From Octopus vulgaris (lineage: Eukaryota): a stretch of 64,000 bases of DNA. The notes under the pieces were generated by a model, which was not told the DNA's origin, did not search any database, and saw only the letters and a list, made by a program, of their open reading frames with translations. Position 1 is the first letter of the stretch. Every line of letters starts with the position of its first letter. This document shows positions 1 to 11,429 of the stretch, one piece after another. The stretch spans positions 33,914,001 through 33,978,000 of the forward strand of contig OX597816.1 of the NCBI GenBank assembly GCA_951406725.2, written 5' to 3'. The translations under genes and the position numbers were made by a program.

Positions 1-590
1 TCGCTTCGCTCACAGACATACCATATGGAAAGAAGAACCGTGGTCGCAAGTTCATTCTAGCGATAAATCGTAGTTTAATGTGATTGGTTCCGATGACAGG
101 ATGTACATTCGGTAGAAGTGGAGAAAGGTTATCTCGTGCATGTATGCAGGAGACAGTGAAATATGGAGGAGGCAGTGTAACGATATAGGGAGCGATCGCT
201 GCTGGTGTTTTTAGTCCTCTTATTCGCCTACAAGAGACTGTCAATGCTGAAATCCACAAGCATATTCTTATACAGCATGCCCTTCTACATCTGCAATCCC
301 CTTCAGTTCAACCTCGTATCTTCGTGCTAAACAACGCTCTCTGTCACGGAGACAGTCAAAGATTTATTGAGTGATGAAGCGATTGATGCCATGGATCGGC
401 CACTTATATGTAACAATCTCAAACCAACAGAAAAGATTTGGAAGATCATTGGAGATGGGGCGAACTCTGGGAAATACTGGAAAACAAATGGGTCAATATT
501 ACTCCATCATTTTGCAAAAAAATTAAGTCCTGTGGTAACGAATATCAGGAGTCCTTGATAGTAAAGGGATGTTCACAAAATATTAATAGT
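1..590 (+). pseudogene. Decayed Tc1-family DD34E transposase fragment
   Basis: Frame-broken motifs: SDKS*FNVIGSDDRMY (~FSDESKFNLFGSDG), TVKYGGGSVTI*G, IFVLNNALCH (~FQQDNAPCH), MDRPLICNNLKPTEKIW (~WPAQSPDLNPIENLW), ELWEILENKWVNI. Confidence 0.8.
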
Positions 591-853
591 AAGGCTTCCT
601 TTTTTGTTCTCGTTCCATTTATCAGTGTTTTTCTCAGTGAAACTTAACATTTGGCCATTGCAGTTTGGAAGATTATTTATTTATTTTCTCATAGCCTACG
701 GAATCTTAATTGTATTCACTTAAAATTTTCACGAAAGATAAGTACTGGATATATCCAATTAAATGTCAAATATCTAATCTCTACGTTTTGTTAATCATCT
801 GTAATAAATATTTCAATACACCTGCTCTTACTGGCCCTTACATAATGGCCGCT

Positions 854-918
<65 letters not shown>

Positions 919-942
919 GTGTGTGTGATTGTGTATAGAAGA

Positions 943-1278
943 ATATATTAATAAAAAGAATTCCAACCTTGTCTGATTTTCACGTTTTATTTACAATCTT
1001 ATAATGATATATTATAAGATAATATATTATAATTGAATAAAATAAAATGAAATAGTAGAATGTTAAATATTCATTCTGATTGAACTAGTACTTTCATGCA
1101 TTGAATTCTGCAATCTTCGGGTTCATGTAGTAGTGTTGACAGTCATGCTTCACAATTTTTGACTGTAGCAAGATGAGTGGTTCTGTGCTATAAATACAGC
1201 TGGGTAGGCTCCAGAGTGCTAGGTTTTGCAAACTGTATTCTGACCAATCAGTGTGTAGTATCACTCAATTACTTAAGC
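943..1278. repeat. Left arm of 336-bp inverted repeat (3' pseudo-LTR of the element)
   Basis: Reverse complement of 3696-4031 with about 3 mismatches by eye. Confidence 0.95.
1081..1125 (-). ncRNA. Minimal type-I hammerhead ribozyme motif (variant core), sense to the RT ORF
   Basis: UGAAC-CCGAAGA-UUGCA-gaauucaa-UGCAU-GAAA-GUAC-UA-GUUCA: 5-bp stem I, core CCGAAGA instead of CUGANGA, stem II, palindromic stem III. Confidence 0.75.
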
Positions 1279-1619
1279 TGATTGGTTGGTTGAGCTGATT
1301 GGTTTAGGCATCACGCTTTGTTGGACAGGTCAAGAGTCCTGTATCTTGACCCTGGCCGAAGCAGCAATTGTTGGGTTATTTTTAGAAATGTTGTAAATAT
1401 CCTTTGTCAGAGATTTTTATATTTTTATATTTCAATTGTCATCATCATCATTGTCAGCACCTTAATTATTGTTGCTAGTGGTGATGGTGGTGGCAATAGA
1501 ACTTTTAACCCTAAATAAGATAATTTTCCTGCTATCTTCGTCTTGATCACCTTTAGTATTGTTGTTGTTGTTAGTGGTCATGGTCGTAGCAGTGGAAGTA
1601 ATACCTCTAAGTATTATTA

Positions 1620-3797
1620 TTATTGCTTATTTAGCTTGGGTTCGAATTTATCAATAAAATTATTTTCTCTGATTTTCCTCTCGATTTCACTTGGGCTGTG
1701 TAATTTGTAGAATGGAAATATTATATATATTTTCCGACCACATGTTGCTAGGTGGTTACTCAAAGGTATCTGACGGACCTCTGGGTCTCTAATCTGTTGC
1801 CGGTGTACACGTGAGCGTTCTAATAGTGCGTTTCCCGTCTGACCTACATATATTTCTTCACAATTTGGGCATTTGATGCAGTAAATTAAATTTCTGCTTT
1901 TGCAGTTCATATTCGCGTTTGTGAATATTTTCCCGGTTTTTGTGTTTATATATTGACCGGTATGTATGAATTGGCATGTGCCACATCGGCTATCATTGCA
2001 TTTACATACCGTGAATGTTTGGTCTTTGTTGCTGAGGTCAAATTTTGCCTTTGTTAGTAATGTTTTCAAGTTTTTAGGCTGTCTTTTACTAAGCACCATA
2101 GCTCGATCCTTGATTATGTCTTTTAATTCATTACTTTGGGCAATGATTGGTAGGTTTGCTTTGGCAATGTTGAAGATATTCTGGTGACATGGGTTGTGTG
2201 TCACTATGAATGGTATGACTTGTTCTTGTTTTCCTCTTCCTTGGGTTGTCCTAAGTTGTTGTATAGGTATTTTTATAGCCCGCTGTATGCCATTTTCTAT
2301 AAGTAGAGATGGGTATTTTTGTTTGAGCAAAAATTCTCTTAGTTCTATTAGGCGTTTGTTCCTGATATTTGCATCTTCTACAATAGTACAAATTCTTCTG
2401 GCTAGGCAGTATGGGATGTTACGTTTTGTATGTGGTGGATGGCACGACTTAAAATTTAGGTATTGATGTGTGTCTGTGTGTTTATAGTATATATCTGTGG
2501 TGATGGTGGTGTCTTTTTTAATTACCATTATATCCAGGAATGGTAATTTGGTACTACTCATCTCCTTTGTAAATTTGAGAGATGGGTGTAGGTTGTTCAG
2601 GAGGATATTGAACTCTTCCAGAGTATTTAGAGATACTGTCCAGATTATGAAACAGTCGTCTAGGTATCTCTTCCATGCCTTTTCAATATACTTTCTAAAT
2701 CCAGTGCCATAGTTTACCTCCACCTCTTGGTAGAGTTGTTCTTCTAAGTATCCCATTACAGAGTTGGAGTAAACGGGAGCAAACCTCGTTCCCATCGCCG
2801 TGCCTCTAATTTGGATGTAATTCTTTCCATTGAAGAAGAATGTGTTATTTTCTAGAATAAGTTTGACTGTGTCTAATATAAATGGCACTGTGAATCTGCT
2901 GGGAATCACTTCTCTATGTTTTTCTAACCAGTATTTAATCGCCTTTATTCCTAAATCGTGTGGAATATTGGTGTAGAGGCTTACCACATCAAAACTTAGC
3001 AAAACTGAATTTGTTTCTGTTGTTTTGGGAAGATGGGACAGGAAGTCGATGTCATCCCTGATGAAACTTAGTATGTAAGTACATAGTGGTTTCAAAACAA
3101 TGTCAATAAAATTGCTTAGACGGTGTGTAGGGCATGCTGGACCAGCTATAATAGGTCTAAGTTTTAGGTCTTTTGGATGTAATAATTTTATGTACTCACT
3201 TTCTTGTTCTTTTACTGCCTGTTCAATGTTTTTTGATTTGTGTATTTTTGGTAAGCCGTAGAAGTTGCTGGGTTTTGGTTCAAAATTGGTGATGTAGTCT
3301 TTTTCATTAGCCGTAAGTGAGTTGTGGTGTGTTGAAATCAGGTTGTTGATCTTTTTCATGATGTGGTGGTCTATATTTGCGGGTATTTCACAATAGAAGG
3401 TTGTATCCTTCAGTTGGTCTTCAACCAAATCCTTATAGTATTCGGTATCCATAATAACAATTGCACCACCTTTATCTGCTTGTTTAATTATTATTGTTTG
3501 ATCGTTTTGTATACGTTTACATGCAGACATCTCTGATTTGCTAATGTTTGGCCTAACATTGGTATTGCGTCTAAGGGGAAATTTAGACAGGATATCAATG
3601 TATTGGTCAAGGTAGTTATTTCTTCCTTTTGGTGGGGTGAAATTTGATTTATTCCTTACTAGGGATTCATCAATCTCATTACTTTTGTAAGTAATGCTTA
3701 AGTAATTGAATGATACTACACACTGATTGGTCAGAATACAGTTTGCAAAACCTAGCACTCTGGAGCCTACCCAGCTGTATTTATAGCACAGAATCAC
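1620..3797 (-). CDS. Penelope-like reverse transcriptase + GIY-YIG endonuclease; N-terminus truncated, first ~34 codons come from the inverted repeat
   Basis: IIIKQADKGGAIV, FYGLPKIHK, LRPII, FDVVSLYTNIP, GTAMG, RYLDD, LPFLD, YYKHTDT; Cys linker CNDSRCGTC; LIYCIKCPNC..YVGQTG nuclease motif; no stops over 725 codons; GTG start. Confidence 0.95.
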   Translation of the reverse strand: MILCYKYSWVGSRVLGFANCILTNQCVVSFNYLSITYKSNEIDESLVRNKSNFTPPKGRNNYLDQYIDILSKFPLRRNTNVRPNISKSEMSACKRIQNDQTIIIKQADKGGAIVIMDTEYYKDLVEDQLKDTTFYCEIPANIDHHIMKKINNLISTHHNSLTANEKDYITNFEPKPSNFYGLPKIHKSKNIEQAVKEQESEYIKLLHPKDLKLRPIIAGPACPTHRLSNFIDIVLKPLCTYILSFIRDDIDFLSHLPKTTETNSVLLSFDVVSLYTNIPHDLGIKAIKYWLEKHREVIPSRFTVPFILDTVKLILENNTFFFNGKNYIQIRGTAMGTRFAPVYSNSVMGYLEEQLYQEVEVNYGTGFRKYIEKAWKRYLDDCFIIWTVSLNTLEEFNILLNNLHPSLKFTKEMSSTKLPFLDIMVIKKDTTITTDIYYKHTDTHQYLNFKSCHPPHTKRNIPYCLARRICTIVEDANIRNKRLIELREFLLKQKYPSLLIENGIQRAIKIPIQQLRTTQGRGKQEQVIPFIVTHNPCHQNIFNIAKANLPIIAQSNELKDIIKDRAMVLSKRQPKNLKTLLTKAKFDLSNKDQTFTVCKCNDSRCGTCQFIHTGQYINTKTGKIFTNANMNCKSRNLIYCIKCPNCEEIYVGQTGNALLERSRVHRQQIRDPEVRQIPLSNHLATCGRKIYIIFPFYKLHSPSEIERKIRENNFIDKFEPKLNKQ

Positions 3798-4031
3798 TCA
3801 TCTTGCTACAGTCAAAAATTGTGAAGCATGACTGTCAACACTACTACATGAACCCGAAGATTGCAGAATTCAATGCATGAAAGTACTAGTTCAATCAGAA
3901 TGAATATTTAACATTCTACTATTTCATTTTATTTTATTCAATTATAATATATTATCTTATAATATATCATTATAAGATTGTAAATAAAACGTGATAATCA
4001 GACAAGGTTGGAATTCTTTTTATTAATATAT
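3696..4031. repeat. Right arm of 336-bp inverted repeat
   Basis: Reverse complement of 943-1278. Confidence 0.95.
3849..3893 (+). ncRNA. Minimal type-I hammerhead ribozyme motif (inverted copy)
   Basis: tgaac ccgaaga ttgca gaattcaa tgcat gaaa gtac ta gttca read directly on + strand. Confidence 0.75.
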
Positions 4032-4070
4032 ATATATATATATATATACATACATATATGTACATATATG

Positions 4071-4128
<58 letters not shown>

Positions 4129-4185
4129 TATATATTTACAGATATATACATACATATATATATGTATATATAAACATACATATAA

Positions 4186-4253
<68 letters not shown>

Positions 4254-4310
4254 CGTGAAATAGAAAGATGAATAATCTTGTTGCAGATTAATCAAAAGTT
4301 TAACCGATAC

Positions 4311-4435
4311 CTTGGTGGTAGCAGAAGACAGCACGGTTGGAGGTACAACCATATGGTGTTGCAACCGTGCGTTCGATTTGTTTTGCTCCGCCTCTGTTCT
4401 GTTTTTGTTTTTTCCAACGGATTTCCTATTTCTTC
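4311..4435 (-). other. Candidate spliced exon of an unidentified host gene
   Basis: Minus strand: tgtgtctttctcttcAG acceptor, 125 nt of non-repetitive sequence open in two frames, AAG|GTatcg donor; no recognisable protein family. Confidence 0.35.
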
Positions 4436-4589
4436 CTGAAGAGAAAGACACAATATGGTCTCCTTATTCAATCGGAATTTGGTAAATTGTGCCTTTCGAA
4501 ACACGTGTAGAATGCATTAAAACGATTTCTGTTAAATCTTCGTTCAACTCCATTTCTTCAATTCACTATATATATATATATATATATAT

Positions 4590-4790
4590 ATCTTTTATTC
4601 ATCTCGTCTGTTTCATGATGCACCCATTTGACTGGGACCATTCTGGAGCACTGTCTTGTAGTCGAAGATATGGACCCCTGGACTTATTCTTTATAAGGCT
4701 GGGACTTATTCCATCGGTCTTCTATCGAACCGCTAAGTTACGACGACTTAAATACACTACCATCGGTCGTCAAGCGATGTTTGGGTGCGT
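4590..4790 (-). mobile_element. SINE family A, partial and decayed
   Basis: Similar to the 3' half of 23521-23923 (catttgactg...ggacttattct...gaaccgctaagttacg). Confidence 0.7.
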
Positions 4791-6473
4791 ATATGTGTGT
4801 GTGTGCGTGCGTAGATGTGTGTGTGTGTGGATGTGCCTGTGTGCTTATTTGTATTGTGAAAACAATGAAACAAAAATAACTTCTCATTCGTGGAGGGCCA
4901 AATTTTAACACATATTTGAACATGTGAAGGCTATGCAATGCAGTAAGCCTGTAGATATTTCGGGCGCTAGACGACTTTCATCCAAATGAATGTACAGAAT
5001 GAGAGTAAAGGATAACTGTGAAAGAGAAAACAAGATTAATAAACGGGAGTAAGAAAGAACCTGGCGAGGGATCACGAACGAAGACGGGTTGCGATTTATA
5101 AGAGTGAGTTAATGTAACATGAAAGAACGAGAGGGTGTGCGCTTTGACATAGCAAATGGTGCAGTTCTATGTGTGTGGGGGTTGTTCTATCTTTCTGAGT
5201 GCAACAGTGTGCATCTACACAGGTAGAGTAGTGTAGGTTATTGGGAGTGTAGTGTCGATGCGTTGTGTAAGAGAAAAGCGTGGAGATCAAGCGCTGCTAC
5301 GGTGCGCAAGTTGAGATAAAAAATAAGGCGAGAGAAATATGCGTGAGAGCGTCATAGATGTAAATACTGGAGTATGGCTGTGAGATGCTGAGGGTGCATA
5401 CTTTGGATGCGCTCGTGATTTGCCAGAGATTTTCAATGTTTTAGTTTCGAATATATACATAAACACACACATATATACATCTATGTATAGGTAGCTATAG
5501 ATATATTTTTTTAGTATATTATCACTACATATACACATTCGTACACATGTGTGTGTATATACTATTATACATTCATACATATATGAACATATATGTATGT
5601 GTGCGTCCATGCATGTTTATATGCATGTAATTATGTAAGTGTGCGTATGTACGTATTTATGTATGCATGTATGTATGCAAGCATGTGTGTATGTATGTAT
5701 AACTTTAGGTTATCATGTTTCATGTGCAACGACGTATATGTCTTCCAGCATAGCATATCTAAAATATATTCTCTATTTAAGAATAACTAACTCGTATTTT
5801 CTAAATGCTTTTTAACTTGCATCTCCTTTTATAGTTGTATTTATACGTTATTTATTCTTCAAAAGGCATCGTGTTGAGAACAAGAATCTTCCCTGTAAGC
5901 TATCCATTACCAGAAACTTTAGTTCAAAATTGCAAATTAAATGACTTTGCGTTCCTTGCCTCTGTAATAGAATCATTCTTATACGATTTAACTTTTATAT
6001 AACATTCCATTAATACTTCGACAAGACCAAATCTGCGGTCAACGTTCTGATATTCCGTACTGTAGCGTGCTCGAGGGTGTTACAAATACGAAAATGCTTT
6101 TGTATAAAGGTTTAGAAAATGTCATTCATCAGCAGAGTTAATTGAGGAGTACATATAAAGTTTCTGCTCTAAATTATATTCTGTAAAATTTCATGTCATG
6201 CAAGATAATAGAGAGAATGAGGATCACCCTTTCTCTCATCTTATTATATTGCTGATACTTCGCTCCCAAATACTGTGAAGACCGAGCAGCAGCTGCTTCC
6301 TCTGTTTTCCTTACGGTAAGTCATTAATACAATGGAGTATTTTATGTAAATAAATTTCGACCTCCTCTAATATCATCCTGCTTAAACGATGGACGTATCA
6401 CGTATCAGTTCGGATGGTCACTGCTTTTGGTGGCTGACTAAAGATAGCAGTATTGCTATAATTGATGGGCGGT

Positions 6474-6703
6474 GAGGCGGCGAACTGGCAGAAACGTTAG
6501 CACGCCAGGCGAAACGCTTAGCGTTATTTCGTCTAGCGTTACGTTTTGAGTTCAAATTCCACCGAGGTCGACTGTGCCTTTCATCTTTCGGAGTCGATTA
6601 AATAAGTGCCAGTTACTCACTGGGATCGATGTAATCGACTTAATCCCTTTGTCTGTCTTTGTTTGACCCCTCTATGTTTAGGACCCCTGTGGGCAATAAA
6701 GAA
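6474..6703 (+). mobile_element. SINE-like family B
   Basis: ggcggcgaactggcagaaacgttagcacgcc...gagttcaaattcc (B-box-like)...gaggtcgact; recurs several times in the window. Confidence 0.8.
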
Positions 6704-9162
6704 ATATATAATTGAAAGGTGGTATAGTAGGTAATGTGGTCACCTTGCTTGCTGGTCTGTATTGGAAAACGTGGCCGCTATATGTGGTGGATTTTAGTAA
6801 ACTTAATATATTCACTTCTGCTGATGATTTATAATGAAGGTGACGAGAGCAGCGAGGTTGGGAGTCAACGTAAAGTAACATGATTACTGAGTTGATTCTT
6901 CTACATTAAAGCAATATGGTTCCACTTCTTTGTGATTTATCGTGTAGGAAATGTGTCACTGTGGTCATTGTTTTATATTAGATAACGTGGCTACTGTTGT
7001 TGCCTGTATGTAGTAGGTAACGTAGAAACTTTTTGTCTGTATAATATATAATGAATGAAATATGGTTACTGTTAATTGAGCGCCACCAGTAGATCTGTTG
7101 GACTCATAATATATCAGTTACGTTCAACTATATGCAATATGTTTTCCATTAAAAATTTACGCGAGTAACCTTAGTTTACAAACTTTTTTACGCTACAAAT
7201 ATTGACATCATTCATGGCGGTTAAATACATTCTTACATTCGTTTTTTATGGAAGCTGTAATCAGCCAGAGTTAATGTCTGGAATATCAGAGTTCCCTTCG
7301 AGATTTCGCTTCAGCTTGGGGCAAATACTTTGTTGCAAAAACACGTATAATACAACATTAATTTTCGTATTCTTTTGATTGTGTAATATAACTAGTCGAC
7401 CATTTTATTTGCTTTATTTTTGCAATCAGTTTTCTCTTTTTTGTATATATATATTTTTTTTATTTTTGAGCTCCGAGAAAATTTAATCAAGTAGTAATTA
7501 ACAATAAAACTATTTTGTAATATGTGTGTAGTCTCATTGTCAGATAACAATGAATGCAAATACTATGATTTCTTTGAATGTCGTCGTTGCTTGGAGTATA
7601 GGCTTTGTTTTAATCTGTTGTATTCCAGCAGGATTTGAAAATAGAAGAATAACGAATTGTATTTCAATAATGAAGATGGATGTGTATTGATAGTCGGCGA
7701 GATTTTGCCATAAAATACTAGTATGGTCAGAATCAGCCACATCAAAGTTTAGTCGAAGAGAACAATAGTGTTTTCAGGCAAGTTAGACAGATGTATTTTA
7801 TAGAGCTAAGTCAATGGTGTAATGTGGCATTCATGCCTACTTCATAACCAAATTTGGTATGTCAAAATGAATACAAATCAGTGTTGCAGAATTAGCTTTT
7901 TAATGCATAACACTCTCCTGGATAACATTGATTTCTTACACTGATGCAAAACATATACCTCAAGGAAAACAAATACATGAATAGGCTTCATTATAAAACT
8001 GGTACTAATTTACCATTCAAACTCAGTTGAATGGAGAACTGAACTATGCTTGAGAAGAGCATAAAGAAACATTTAATATGTTACCTTTGCTCCGTTTCCC
8101 TACATCTAACTCCTACATTAGAAGCTTGAACATTTCAATATGCGAGTCATCGAAATAATTTCTATATGATTACTGGAATTGCTCGATAAAATATTCAAAA
8201 CTACTTTGATTACATACTATTATCTTTAAAAGGGAACGACATATTGGATGTCGTTATCGTGAACATGGAATCTGAATACAAAGAAAAGCATCAGACTGGT
8301 GAATGATAAAACACAGTTGAACATATGCCTGCTCAATAACAACACCAATTAAGATAATGATATCTTTATCGATATCATTTTGGACAAGCATCAACCGTGA
8401 AGTATATCAATAGAAATTAGGCTATATTACGAAGATTTGAAATGATTTACAAATAAAATTCTATCTATATCGCAAAATGTGAAATATCTAAATGAAATGA
8501 AACAAAAAAATTAAAACATGAAAGCAGGAAAAGGTCAAACTATGACATAACTTCGACTAAAACCAGAAGAAATTGATTAATGTTCGTAGAAAGACTGAAG
8601 CTAATAAACTAATAACAGATTTCTGAAATAAAATTGTCAAGGGAATATGATTGAAATTTCAGTAAAATCGAATCTGATGTCATTAACCATGAGAAATAAT
8701 TTCGCAAATTACTCTGGACAGAATCAAATTTTACAGTTGAATATGCAGACAAGAATCGTCTCGGTAATTGTGTAATTTTAACAATCAACTGAATAAGCGC
8801 ATGATATAAATCTTACAATAGCCCGACGATCAAACACATGCGAAATATAAAGAGTAGGGGCCCTACAAACGTAGTTTATATAAAGTCGAGTTTTAGAGAT
8901 TACCTTATTATAGCACAGAGGTGTGCTCTTACGGAAGCATAGGTTGATTCAATGCAGTACGGTGTAACCCTGTCATATTTTCCGACATAATATGTATTTA
9001 CATGTCGCCTTAATTCTACAGAGCACACACATTTGCAAAAGAATTTCGTATATAGGGATATTCGCATGCCTGTACGCTAAATTATATGTATGCGTGTTCA
9101 TGTATATATCTATATCTATCTATGTACTTTTCTTTCTCGCGATTTCTCTCTCCCCCTCCCTC

Positions 9163-9211
<49 letters not shown>

Positions 9212-9367
9212 ACAAATATATGTATATGTGTATATATATATGTATATATATATGTATATTTATATGTATATATATGTATATATATACATATATATATAAA
9301 TATATATGTGTATATATATATGTATATATATGTATATATATACATATATATATAAATATATATGTGT

Positions 9368-9433
<66 letters not shown>

Positions 9434-9559
9434 TCAAAGGACATACTAGGTATGTCAACCTGCTTGAAATAACAGTCAAAACTCTTATTAAATCGCCCAA
9501 AAATACACCGATGAAAACTACAGAAATAAAACGAAGGCAAAATCAAAAACATTCGTAAA

Positions 9560-9650
9560 TTAATTATATATATATATATATATATATAGTAAATTAATTA
9601 TATATATATATATATATATAGTAAATTAATTATATATATATATATAATTT
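9560..9650. repeat. Three tandem copies of gtaaattaat+(TA)n
   Basis: Read directly. Confidence 0.8.
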
Positions 9651-9719
9651 TCAAAAAGCGAACAATTAAAACGTAATCGATAGGTAGGACTACATACTTT
9701 CGTGTTTAGTTGACATTCA

Positions 9720-10250
9720 CATTACGTTTTTTAATTCAGAAAATGTTTTTGGTATTGAACTGATGAGCTTTCTGATAGTATATTATGGAATTTCTGCCCA
9801 ATTTTCATGCAACAATCGAAACAATTCATCATTAGATTTAGGATTGTGTAGAGTTTTACTTATAGCTGAATCTAGTATGCTCCAAAGATTTTCAATTGGG
9901 TGCATGTCACGAGATTGGCTTTGCCAAGGAAACCTTTTGATCACATTTTCAGTCAGCCATTGCTAATTCCTCTTCGCTGTGTTGCATGGAGCCCCATCTT
10001 ATATGAATAAAAGCTCATTTTTCGCTATGTAATCATGTAAATATTTATTTGAGTATATGGTCCCAACACATTCGATCAGCTGAGAACGACCATTACTGAT
10101 GACAGAACCCTATACCATTAAAGAGATACCGCCAAGTTTCACAGTTGGTTGGAGTTTTTCAAATCAAATTCTTGACTGGGAAGCCTCGAGACCCAAACAA
10201 ATCCACTGTCTGAAAATAATGCAAGTCTAGATTCATCTCAGAAAATCACG
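9720..10250 (-). pseudogene. Decayed Tc1-family transposase fragment
   Basis: Minus strand: VIF*DESRL, LQPTVKLGG, FI*DGAPC, WQSQSRDMHPIENL. Confidence 0.8.
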
Positions 10251-10596
10251 AGGTTTCCAGCTGATTCGATTAACGGAACAGCCTGCACCTGAAATTAACT
10301 TGTAAATGGCTGATCACGTGTACCGTTAACAAAGCTCTTGGGGAGATTCACTATGACATAGGGTGTGACAAGGCTCACCCTTTGAAATACAGGTACAACA
10401 GAAAGAGGAACGAAGAGTGAGAGTAAGGTGTGGTGAAGGAGCACAGTAGGGTTCGCCACCACACCCTTGCCGGACCCTCAAGGAGCTTTGGGTGTTTTCG
10501 TTCAATAAACACTCACAATGCCCTATCTGGGTATTGAAACCACGATCCCACAACTGCTAGTCCATTGCCTTTACCACTGGGCCATTTCGCCTCCAC
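10251..10596 (-). mobile_element. tRNA-headed SINE family C abutting the Tc1 fragment
   Basis: Head gtggaggcgaaatggcccagtggtaaagg (A-box) ... gtggtttcaataccc (B-box-like). Confidence 0.7.
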
Positions 10597-11295
10597 ACAC
10601 ACACACACACACACACATATATAGTAAAGATAATAATCCTTGGATGGGATTCACAAATATTTAATGTATCGCTACGCAATCATAGTCCGTATTCCTACGG
10701 ACTATTATCTTAAGAGACATGTGATTTGCGGAAACGTGAGTAGCGACACACTGAATATTTATAAATTCCATCTGAAAATTATTGTTATTATTACTACATA
10801 TTTCTTACATTATATCGGTACATGATGCAACCCCAAAAACTGGTTCACCAGACAGCAACATTAGACTGTGGCCTGCGTAATGGAATAGGAGCTTTGTTTG
10901 CATATTCAGAGGGTTTCCCGTAAACAAACTTAAAATATCTGTGTATTTCTGTACGTGTGCATATATGTATGCATATACCAATATGCATGCATATAGATAT
11001 ACATTGTTTTCTTTGTTAATAGGAATAAAAGTGTATCAGTATTCAATAATGGTGAATATAAATTGAATGACTTTTTATTTGATATTTTAGAGATCACATT
11101 GCGTCACTTTCGATACATTGACATGTCTTGGAAAGTGACGTATTTTCTCCATAGTAATATTTTTGCATTGCGTTTGATATTCATGTTGATGAACACGCTT
11201 AACACATACACATACATACAATTACATACATATATACATAAATACATGTATATATATATAGACAAGTAAACAAATAAATGTGTTGTATGATCATA

Positions 11296-11327
11296 ACTGT
11301 CTGACGAACGGTAACATGAAACACAGT
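11296..11327 (+). ncRNA. Degenerate hammerhead-like remnant lacking stem III
   Basis: actgt-CTGACGA-acggtaacat-GAAA-c-acagt; 5-bp stem I and both core boxes; lies between TA tracts. Confidence 0.4.
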
Positions 11328-11359
11328 AAAACACTGTGAAGACTTTTTCGGCTTTAGTA

Positions 11360-11429
<70 letters not shown>

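Larger units (their letters stand above)
917..4031 (-). mobile_element. Penelope-like retroelement (Neptune-like), 5'-truncated, capped by an inverted copy of its 3' end, embedded in (TA)n
   Basis: RT + GIY-YIG ORF; 336-bp inverted repeats 943-1278 / 3696-4031; (TA)n at 860-916 and from ~4026. Confidence 0.95.

Noticed and set aside
917-4031. DNA transposon interpretation of the long terminal inverted repeats
   Set aside because: Encodes RT and GIY-YIG, not a DDE transposase; arms are unequal and one joins mid-ORF, as expected for a retro-derived inversion
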